Assembly: GCA_043815185.1 (NCBI GenBank)
Contig: JBDRJF010000005.1
Location: 3,407-67,406, forward strand
Reading direction: 5' to 3'
Origin: Candidatus Omnitrophota bacterium
GTDB taxonomy: Bacteria; Omnitrophota; Gorgyraeia; Duberdicusellales; 4484-171
Length of the DNA: 64,000 nt
Position 1 is the first letter of the stretch. Every line of letters begins with the position of its first letter. The notes under the pieces were generated by a model. It was given only the letters and a program-made list of their open reading frames with translations, had not been told where the DNA came from and ran no database searches. Position numbers and translations under genes: made by a program. Below, in pieces: positions 16,453 to 23,964 of this stretch.

Positions 16453-16475
16453 CGGTTGAGGCTAAGCCTCAACCG
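16453..16475. repeat. REP palindrome copy 4
   Basis: CGGTTGAGGCTAAGCCTCAACCG, 19 nt upstream of the RAYT start codon. Confidence 0.9.
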
Positions 16476-16534
16476 GGGGTGTTAAAAATATTGGGGGTGT
16501 CCTTTGTGGATAACCCCCAATAAAAATTTCGAAT

Positions 16535-16798
16535 TTAGCCGCTGTTTTCCATGTAAGTAGAAATAACTGCTTCATTGAGTGCTTCCCGGGTCTGAGCGGT
16601 GATAGGAAAAGCACTGTTGTACCACTTGCCATCCTTGCCAGACTCTTGCGGCGCACCAACAAATAAGCCATTTTTACCTTCAATTATGCGAAACCCTTTG
16701 ATTACAAATTCATCGGCTATGATAACATCACATATAGCTTTTGTTGCCTTATCACCGGCAAATTTGTGAATCCTTGTAACTTTGAAATCTAAAGCCAT
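16535..16798 (-). CDS. spoVG: SpoVG-family nucleic-acid-binding regulator
   Basis: MALDFKVTRIHKFAGDKATKAICDVIIADEFVIKGFRIIEGKNGLFVGAPQESGKDGKWYNSAFPITAQTREAL matches the SpoVG pattern. The ATG at 16798 is preceded by AAGGAGG; the track start 16837 is probably too far upstream. Confidence 0.85.
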   Translation of the reverse strand: MALDFKVTRIHKFAGDKATKAICDVIIADEFVIKGFRIIEGKNGLFVGAPQESGKDGKWYNSAFPITAQTREALNEAVISTYMENSG

Positions 16799-16880
16799 CT
16801 CAGCCACCTCCTTCTTATTAAACACCTGCCTATACACACTACCTGACCTAAATTAGGACTGTTCCAAAATGCAACAGTCC

Positions 16881-16962
16881 CTGATTACATAGATTAAATA
16901 CAGATTCCAAAGATTAAATTATTCTTAAGCACTGTAATCTCTTTTTTAATCATTGTAATCAG
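16881..16962. repeat. Long imperfect AT-rich palindrome built from GATTA(CA)/TAATC words (element A)
   Basis: ctgattacatagattaaatacagattcc ... ttaatcattgtaatcag: the arms are reverse complements with a few mismatches. Shares agattacatagattaa and taatcattgtaatc with 34661-34730. Flanked by hairpins 16856-16879 and about 16962-16988 that share tgcaacag. Confidence 0.7.
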
Positions 16963-17084
16963 GCGCTGGTGCTATTATGCAACAGCGTCCTTATGTCCTC
17001 TCTACTTAATAGACGTAATAGACGCACAAATTCTTTCAAAAATTTTTACTTTTTTTAAATATACAGGTTTGGATTAACCAAAGA

Positions 17085-17120
17085 CCCGGTTGAGGCTTAG
17101 CCTCAATAGCCTCAACCGGG
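17085..17120. repeat. REP palindrome copy 5 (opposite centre orientation, internal 9-nt duplication)
   Basis: CCCGGTTGAGGCTTAGCCTCAATAGCCTCAACCGGG: centre T instead of A, and agcctcaa is duplicated. Lies 9 nt downstream of the anti-sigma stop. Confidence 0.85.
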
Positions 17121-17128
17121 TGGAGAGA

Positions 17129-17683
17129 CTAAGGGTGGGGGGATTTGAATCGGTCTTTTAGGCGATTGGAGATTTCGTCGTTCTCATCGCGAGAGTGGCG
17201 ACGCCAGGAATCAAACACCATAATAAGAATCCGGCCGTTTTCGCTTTCCAATACCCAACGTATGCCCAAAACAAAAGCGGCTACCAGACATTGCATAAAA
17301 TACTTTGGCAGTAGAAATGAGATGATGAAAAACATAATTGCCCCGGCAAGAGATAGATTCTTTTTCATTCGACTCACCCTTCCCTTGCCAATAGTATTTT
17401 TACCATTCTTAAGCAGTGCTTTGGCTTTATTTACAAGCCCAGAGGGAACTTTCCCTCCTATATTACGAATATTTGATTTTTTAGCTTCAAAGGCTAAATT
17501 AAGCTGGCTAAGGCAGAAATTGCATCGAGAAAGATGTTCTTCAACGCCTTTACGTTCCTGGCTACCCAGCTTAGACCCAAGATAATCCAGCAAGACTTCC
17601 TGACCAAGGCATTGAGCAGTTTTTTCAATATTGCCCGACTCTTTTTTAAGGTAGTTTTTAAGATACTCTTCTATTTTTCGCAT
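17129..17683 (-). CDS. Membrane-bound zinc-binding anti-sigma factor (ZAS type)
   Basis: 184 aa. HxxxCxxC motif (HLSRCNFC), then TM helices (LSLAGAIMFFIISFLLP, LVAAFVLGIRWVL). Directly downstream of the ECF sigma gene. Confidence 0.7.
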   Translation of the reverse strand: MRKIEEYLKNYLKKESGNIEKTAQCLGQEVLLDYLGSKLGSQERKGVEEHLSRCNFCLSQLNLAFEAKKSNIRNIGGKVPSGLVNKAKALLKNGKNTIGKGRVSRMKKNLSLAGAIMFFIISFLLPKYFMQCLVAAFVLGIRWVLESENGRILIMVFDSWRRHSRDENDEISNRLKDRFKSPHP

Positions 17684-17726
17684 TTTTCTCTCCTCTTTAA
17701 TAGACGAAATAGCTCTTCTTTTTCTT

Positions 17727-18293
17727 TCAAAAATCTTTTAAGCCCATTTTCTCTAGCCCTTTCTTAACCTTTTCTTTAGTCCGGGCGATTATGGTTGATA
17801 CGCTATTTACCGGCATAGCAGTAATTTCAGCAATTTCTTTATGGGTCCTGCCTTCAATAAGATTAAGGGAAATAGCAATCTTTTCCTTAACAGGCAAAGT
17901 ATCCATAATATTACCTAATAGATTTAATAAATCCCTTTTGTATAATTCCTCTTCAAATTTATCATTTTTTAACACCGGCATCTCTATAACAAGCTTCTGG
18001 TCTTGCTTTATTTTGCGCCGCATAAAATCAACTGTTTTATTGGAAGCTGTTACCGCCAGCCAGCTGGCAATTGTTTTTATATCTTTTAATTGAAGGAGTT
18101 TATCCCCTTGTAAAATTGATAAAAACACTTCCTGAAAAATACAATTAATATCGTCCTGGTTAAAACTAAAACCGCTAGCGGTCAAACGCTTTCTTATTGC
18201 CCAATAAATCAGCCTTGAATACTTTTGGACAAATATATCCCAAGCCTTTTTGTCCTTTTTTAAACAATAACTTATAAGTTGAAGTTCATTCAT
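17727..18293 (-). CDS. ECF-type sigma-70 family sigma factor
   Basis: 188 aa. Region 2-like (YSRLIYWAIRKRL...DDINCIFQEVFLSIL) and region 4 HTH (RTHKEIAEITAMPVNSVSTIIARTKEKV). Confidence 0.8.
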   Translation of the reverse strand: MNELQLISYCLKKDKKAWDIFVQKYSRLIYWAIRKRLTASGFSFNQDDINCIFQEVFLSILQGDKLLQLKDIKTIASWLAVTASNKTVDFMRRKIKQDQKLVIEMPVLKNDKFEEELYKRDLLNLLGNIMDTLPVKEKIAISLNLIEGRTHKEIAEITAMPVNSVSTIIARTKEKVKKGLEKMGLKDF

Positions 18294-18301
18294 CGGCAGG
18301 A

Positions 18302-19363
18302 TTAGTCTGAGAAGGCCTTATCGCCAAGTAGATCTAGCTTCTGGAAGTCAGCAAAGAATTTGGGATACATCCTCATGGTAGTGGTAAATTTTCCCTTTAT
18401 CTTGCCGTCAGGGTTCTTACCTTCAGCCTTAAATACAAATAGGTTTTGAATGGTAATTTCTCCCCGCTCGAGATCTCTTACTTCACTAATATGAGTTATG
18501 CGGCGAGAACCATCAAGAAATCTTTCTTGCTGAACAATTATATCTACAGTATTGGCAATCATCTTTCTTATTTCCCCGATTGGCAATTTTATCCCTGAAG
18601 AAAGTATCATTGTCTCCAGACGGCTGACTATTTCCTGGGGAGAATTACCGTGGACTACTGCTAAGGTGCCTTTATGTCCGGTAGACATAGCCTGAATCAT
18701 ATCTATTGCTTCCGCGCCTCTTACTTCACCGACAATAATTCTATCCGGCCGCATCCGCAAAGCATTTCTGATCAAATCCCGCAAAGTAACTTCACCCTTA
18801 CCCGCCTCATCGGGAGAACGTGTCTCTAGCGAAACTAAATTCTTATGATGGAGTTTAAGTTCCGCGGTATCCTCTATGGTAACTATCCGCTCATCTTTGG
18901 GAATATGGAAGGAAAGCATCTCCAGGGTGGTAGTCTTTCCTGCACCAGTTGCTCCGGAGAAAAGTATGTTTAGGCGCCCCTTGATACAGGCAATTAAAAG
19001 CTCAGCCATCTTTTGACTTAAGGTCCCTTTGGCTGTTAAATCATCGAGGCTCTTTATCTCTTGAGAGAATTTTCTGATTGTAATTGCCGCTCCCAGGCGA
19101 GCTAAGGGGCTGATTATAACGTTGACTCGGGAACCATCTTCTAAACAAATGTCAGCGTAAGGGGAGGCAACAGATACGTTTCGCCCGCCCTTCTTAAAAA
19201 CCTCATCAATCACTTCTTTTATCTCTTGAGGATTAAAAATCACATCTATACTCTTCTTTCTGCCTGCTACTTCGATAAAAGTAGCCTGAGAGCCATTGAC
19301 CATGATCTCAGTAATAGCTGGGTCGCCCAATAACTTTTTGATTTTTGTTGCTCCGTCTGGCAT
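18302..19363 (-). CDS. cpaF: CpaF/TadA-type secretion ATPase, stand-alone paralogue
   Basis: Walker [67 protein letters not shown]. Probable start is ATG 19363 (MPDGATK), 4 nt after the upstream stop; the track start 19429 overlaps the upstream gene. Confidence 0.85.
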   Translation of the reverse strand: MPDGATKIKKLLGDPAITEIMVNGSQATFIEVAGRKKSIDVIFNPQEIKEVIDEVFKKGGRNVSVASPYADICLEDGSRVNVIISPLARLGAAITIRKFSQEIKSLDDLTAKGTLSQKMAELLIACIKGRLNILFSGATGAGKTTTLEMLSFHIPKDERIVTIEDTAELKLHHKNLVSLETRSPDEAGKGEVTLRDLIRNALRMRPDRIIVGEVRGAEAIDMIQAMSTGHKGTLAVVHGNSPQEIVSRLETMILSSGIKLPIGEIRKMIANTVDIIVQQERFLDGSRRITHISEVRDLERGEITIQNLFVFKAEGKNPDGKIKGKFTTTMRMYPKFFADFQKLDLLGDKAFSD

Positions 19364-19367
19364 AGTA

Positions 19368-21533
19368 CTAATCCTTAGTAATAAATATTTCTCGCGGCAA
19401 ATCGATACCCCTGGCCTGTATTTCTTCATAAAAAGATGGGATATAACCTAAAGGAGTAAATTTTCCTAAAACTCCTCCCTGAGCATCCACCCCGGTTTGA
19501 GAAAACCTAAAAATATCCTTAAGGTCTATATGAACATCATCGAGCATACCGACAACTTCGGCGATTTGGACAACTTTACGCGAACCGTCGGAAAGACGGG
19601 CAACATGCACTATTAAATCTATGGCTGATGAAACCATCTCCCTGATAGAACGAATGGGAAGTTCTATCCCGCTCATTAAAATCATGCTATCTAATCTTAT
19701 TAAAACATCCTGGGTGGAATTGGCGTGGATGGTCGATAAGCTTCCGTCATGGCCGGTATTCATTGCTTGAAGCATATCCAAAGCTTCACCGCCCCGGGAC
19801 TCACCGACAATTATTCTATCCGGACGCATCCGTAAGGTATTCCGGAATAAATCTTTTATGGTGATCCCGCCCTTACCCTCTATATTCGGCGTCCGGGATT
19901 CAAGCCTGATCCAATGAGCTTGATCTAATTTCAATTCGGCCGAATCCTCAATAGTAACTATCCGTTCACCCTCGGGGATAAATGAGGAAATAATGTTAAG
20001 TAGGGTGGTTTTTCCCGAACCGGTACCGCCGGAAACCAATATGTTTTTCCGGGATTTTACTGCCGCATCTAAGAATTTGGCCATCCCCGGACTTAGACTA
20101 TCGAACTTTTGTATTAAATCTTCCACAGTAAAACGTTTCTGAGAAAACTTTCTGATAGTTAAAGTCGGCCCGGTTAAGGAAAGCGGCGGGATTAAAGCAT
20201 TTACCCGGGAACCATCAGGAAGCCGAGCGTCAACATAAGGAACAGATTCGTCAATCCTGCGGCCCAAAGGAGCAAGAATCCGCTCAATTACTACCTTGAC
20301 TTGTTCATTGGTGGTAAACCTTTTACTGGTTAATTCTAATTTACCTTTTTTTTCTATATAGACCTGATCCTTATTATTAACCATAATTTCAGTAATTGAA
20401 GGGTCGCCAATTAAATCCTCTAAGGGGCCAAAACCCAAAGCCTCATCCAGGATCTCCTTAGTTACTTGCTTTCTAATCTCCAAAGAAGAAATAAATCCTC
20501 CGGCTTCCTTGCTGATAATATTGGAAATTATCCTTTCGGCCCTCTTCCTTAACTCTTCAGCTTTAGCAGCGTGGGCCATAAAGGCATCTACCGATAAATT
20601 CTTTAAGTCTAACTCGGTGATAAGTCTCTGGTGAACCCTGCGCTTAAATCTTATTATCTGGTCCTCTTCTTCCTGCAGGGTAGTCTTCTTAGCCTCTCCA
20701 CTGGCATAACTCTTCTGCCAAAAAACCCCATTATGCCCCCCCTCTTCTTTAGCCACTCTGATATCAGCAAGACTCTTATGCTCTATGTATAGGTCTTTTT
20801 TGCCGATAAGCAGATCAGCTAATTTATTAAGTGCCAGGGCAGCTTTAGAATTGGGGCTATCAATAACTACCGGTATTCCCCGATTAACAGCTAAACCGAT
20901 AGTCCTTCCCTCAGAAGGTATCAAAGCAATAACCTCTGACGGCAGAAGCATTTTTATCTCTTGCCAACTTATCGAGCCTTTACTTTCGGCCCGATTAAGA
21001 ATTATCTTAATCATCTTGAGCGGAAAACCTAAACTCTGTAAGGTATCAAGAAGCCATTCGGTTTGATAAACCGATAGGATATCAGGGGTAAGAATTAAAA
21101 AAATAATATTGGAGGAATCAAGGGTAGCAATCAGATTATCGCTTAAATTGCTGCCGGCATCTATAAGTACGTAGTCAAATTCTCTGCTGATAACTGAAAT
21201 AAAATCCTTTATCCCCTGATCGGTTATCTGGGCACCTTGAGATATTTTAGAAATGGCTGGTAAGAAAAAAAGATTATTCTTATAGCAGCCTATGTAATTG
21301 CGAATGTTTCTTTTTTTACTTTTAAATTCGCCCAGGTGTCCGATTAAATTAAATAAGCTGTACTTACTCTTAGTTCCCAAGAGTTTAGAAGTTTCCTGGG
21401 GGGCTCCTAAGCCTAAATCCAGATGAAATACTTTCTTGTTTTTTAGGGCCAGGCTGACTGCTAGATTTAAAGAAATAAGGGTTTTACCTACCCCTCCCTT
21501 GGTGCTAAAGAAAGAAATTACTCTCGATTCCAT
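19368..21533 (-). CDS. Fusion protein: ParA/MinD-like (CpaE/TadZ-like) N-terminal domain + CpaF/TadA ATPase
   Basis: 721 aa. Residues 1-~260 carry the deviant Walker A FFSTKGGVGKTLISLNLA. The C-terminal ~400 aa carry [66 protein letters not shown]. Confidence 0.8.
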   Translation of the reverse strand: MESRVISFFSTKGGVGKTLISLNLAVSLALKNKKVFHLDLGLGAPQETSKLLGTKSKYSLFNLIGHLGEFKSKKRNIRNYIGCYKNNLFFLPAISKISQGAQITDQGIKDFISVISREFDYVLIDAGSNLSDNLIATLDSSNIIFLILTPDILSVYQTEWLLDTLQSLGFPLKMIKIILNRAESKGSISWQEIKMLLPSEVIALIPSEGRTIGLAVNRGIPVVIDSPNSKAALALNKLADLLIGKKDLYIEHKSLADIRVAKEEGGHNGVFWQKSYASGEAKKTTLQEEEDQIIRFKRRVHQRLITELDLKNLSVDAFMAHAAKAEELRKRAERIISNIISKEAGGFISSLEIRKQVTKEILDEALGFGPLEDLIGDPSITEIMVNNKDQVYIEKKGKLELTSKRFTTNEQVKVVIERILAPLGRRIDESVPYVDARLPDGSRVNALIPPLSLTGPTLTIRKFSQKRFTVEDLIQKFDSLSPGMAKFLDAAVKSRKNILVSGGTGSGKTTLLNIISSFIPEGERIVTIEDSAELKLDQAHWIRLESRTPNIEGKGGITIKDLFRNTLRMRPDRIIVGESRGGEALDMLQAMNTGHDGSLSTIHANSTQDVLIRLDSMILMSGIELPIRSIREMVSSAIDLIVHVARLSDGSRKVVQIAEVVGMLDDVHIDLKDIFRFSQTGVDAQGGVLGKFTPLGYIPSFYEEIQARGIDLPREIFITKD

Positions 21534-21537
21534 TAGT

Positions 21538-23133
21538 TTAATCTATCTCGTAAACGATGGGTATATCAATCCATATATCTTTTAGCTCAATATCAGGAGG
21601 AAAAGACGGGTAGGGGCTTAGAGATTTAACCACTTTTAATACACTATCGTCAAAAGAAAGATAATTTGAGGATTGGCTAATCTGAGCATCCATAAGCTCG
21701 CCTTTGCGGTTAAGATGCAACTTTATCTTCATTGACCCCTGCCAACCGGCATCCTGAGCCAGGCGGGGATATTCCAAAGACTGAAAGATAGTTTTTTGAA
21801 TTTCTAAAATATAATTATTTAAACCAGCTTCTTCGGCTAGATACTGAGGATTAACTTTTAACCTTGCAGATGAAAAATCTTCTCTGCCGGTTACGATCTT
21901 ATCTTCACTTTTTTCGTCCGTCTCCACCAGCCTGGGAACAATAGAAATCACTAGCTCGGTTTGGTCATTCTGATAATCTTTAGACCTAAAAAGTGCTCCT
22001 AAGATAGGAATATCACCTAAGCCGGGAACTTTACTAATGTCATCTTTAGTAACTTTATCTTTAAATAGACCGGCGATAACAACCCCCTGGCCGGATCTAA
22101 GGTTCAAGACAGTAGAAGTACTCCTGGTAGCAAAAGATTTGATGGTTGTGCCGTCAGCGCGTTCGTATTGGCCCTCGGTAGATAACTCCTTTACCTCGGT
22201 AACTAAATTTACCTTTATATCGTCTCCTCTGAGAACAACCGGTTGAATATTTAATTTTACCCCGTATTCTTTATATTCTATGTCTTCAGCCACGGTATCG
22301 CCGGAAGAAGAGGAACTGACTTTAACTATTGGAACTTCTCCTCCGACTAAAAAACTAGCCTCCTCCCCGGATAAACATAGAAGCTTTGGTTTAGCTAAAA
22401 TTTTACCCTTGCCCTCTTTAGCGGCAGCCATAATCTGAACATCCAGGGCTGATCTGGTAATATCTACAATCCTAAAAACATCTTTAAATTTTCCGGTTGA
22501 GGCCGCAGAAGTAAGCTGATTTACAGCTGTCGGTGAAGAACCCGAGGTTCCGGTCCAGTCAAGGCCAAAAACTTCCGAAAAACTCTTAGTTAATTCTAAA
22601 ATATGGCATTCTATCTCTACCATCCGGCGCTCTTCTTTTACTAATAACAAGTTATCAATACTTTCGGTGAAAGGCGCAAGTATTGTTTCTATCTGGCCCC
22701 TCTCGACGGCAGTTACCTCTCCGATGACCATTACCTTACCGGTGGCATCATTCTTTTTAAAACTCACATTTTTCATTTTTAGTCTTTTGTTAATTGCCCT
22801 AGCTAATATTTTAGCCAAAGCATCGGGATCATTAGCATAAACGGTAATATAAAACAGTTTTTCTCCCTCCCTGTCCCATACTGTCAGAATAGTGCTTCCT
22901 GACTGCTTAGCTAAAAGTATTATTTCTTCAGTCGATACCGAGTCGACATCGGCTATCTCAGGATTTCTGACTGAAACTCTTTTCGGCGAGACTACCTCTA
23001 TTGCCTTAACTTCTCCTGTTACCATAAATATATCGCCGCTCTCCTCTTCTAGATCCAGAAATTGGCCAAAGGCGCTTTGAGAAGTAATTAGGGCTGTACA
23101 AACTAGTATTTGGAAAAATAATTTTCTTAGCAT
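21538..23133 (-). CDS. cpaC: CpaC/RcpA-type secretin with a C-terminal TonB_C-like domain
   Basis: 531 aa. Signal peptide. Secretin core (VPGLGDIPILGALFRSKDYQNDQTELVISIVPRLV). The last ~90 aa (nt ~21538-21816) read YPRLAQDAGWQGSMKIKLHLNRKGELMDAQISQSSNYLSFDDSVLKVVKSLSPYPSFPP, a TonB C-terminal-type pattern. Confidence 0.75.
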   Translation of the reverse strand: MLRKLFFQILVCTALITSQSAFGQFLDLEEESGDIFMVTGEVKAIEVVSPKRVSVRNPEIADVDSVSTEEIILLAKQSGSTILTVWDREGEKLFYITVYANDPDALAKILARAINKRLKMKNVSFKKNDATGKVMVIGEVTAVERGQIETILAPFTESIDNLLLVKEERRMVEIECHILELTKSFSEVFGLDWTGTSGSSPTAVNQLTSAASTGKFKDVFRIVDITRSALDVQIMAAAKEGKGKILAKPKLLCLSGEEASFLVGGEVPIVKVSSSSSGDTVAEDIEYKEYGVKLNIQPVVLRGDDIKVNLVTEVKELSTEGQYERADGTTIKSFATRSTSTVLNLRSGQGVVIAGLFKDKVTKDDISKVPGLGDIPILGALFRSKDYQNDQTELVISIVPRLVETDEKSEDKIVTGREDFSSARLKVNPQYLAEEAGLNNYILEIQKTIFQSLEYPRLAQDAGWQGSMKIKLHLNRKGELMDAQISQSSNYLSFDDSVLKVVKSLSPYPSFPPDIELKDIWIDIPIVYEID

Positions 23134-23149
23134 TGAATACTCCTACCCC

Positions 23150-23956
23150 TTACTTAGATAGAGAAACCTCTTCTTTTTGAGTTCCTTTATAAACTTCCAG
23201 GGTCGCTTTCTTCTCTTCTACCTGAGGGGGCTGAGCCCACATACCCAACCTCCGCATAAGCGTCTCAAAAGTAACTGCTGAATAACCGACTTCTTGAGAA
23301 GAATCCAGGGGGGCTCGCAGAACCAATCGAATTTTATTACCGGATTCTAAGACAAAGGTAAGTAGTTTTATATCTTCGGGTTTAAGAGCAATTGTAACTG
23401 TCTCAGCTGAACTCTCTATCCGGTAAGGAGAAATATTCTTGCCGGTAGCCAGAATCTTTACTCCCTGGAAAAGGGTAACTACCAGGTTTTGCCCGGCTTG
23501 AATCGCAAAAGTCCCGATAATATCCACATGATCGCTGGGTTTCATTAACCCTTCGACAGAAGAAATTTTATCTACCGGTATGGTTATCGCCCGCATACCT
23601 TTAGGAATTCTTTGAGAAAGAAACTGAGCCCCGCTTACACTGCCAATCATATTGTTGTTTATATGCTGTCCTTTTAAAATATCTACCCTGGCTATTTTCC
23701 CTACCGCTGACTCTATGGCGGTCAGGTCTCCGGGCTGATAAGCAGTAGAGCGAATTCGGCTTAAGGCCACCGTATCCTGATCAATAGCGCTCTCTTTAGA
23801 AATATCCACCCTAGCGGTTACTACTTCTAATATTTCACCTTTGTTATAAAGCTGCTGGATCAGTTTCTGATCTTCCTGCATTTTGGTATGAATTAGCAGT
23901 ATAGCAACAACCGCTAAGCCAATTCCGATTATCAGATTTAAAACTCTCTTATCCAT
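23150..23956 (-). CDS. cpaB: CpaB/RcpC-like Flp pilus assembly protein
   Basis: 268 aa. N-terminal TM (LNLIIGIGLAVVAILLI), a SAF-like segment (EVVTARVDISKESAIDQDTVAL), then an RcpC-like beta-rich region. Directly upstream of the secretin. Confidence 0.7.
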   Translation of the reverse strand: MDKRVLNLIIGIGLAVVAILLIHTKMQEDQKLIQQLYNKGEILEVVTARVDISKESAIDQDTVALSRIRSTAYQPGDLTAIESAVGKIARVDILKGQHINNNMIGSVSGAQFLSQRIPKGMRAITIPVDKISSVEGLMKPSDHVDIIGTFAIQAGQNLVVTLFQGVKILATGKNISPYRIESSAETVTIALKPEDIKLLTFVLESGNKIRLVLRAPLDSSQEVGYSAVTFETLMRRLGMWAQPPQVEEKKATLEVYKGTQKEEVSLSK

Positions 23957-23964
23957 CCTGATAC

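Larger units (their letters stand above)
15693..16475 (-). mobile_element. REP-RAYT unit (RAYT gene bracketed by two REP palindromes)
   Basis: Identical 23-nt palindromes at 15693-15715 and 16453-16475 bracket the HUH-transposase-like gene 15724-16434. Confidence 0.7.
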
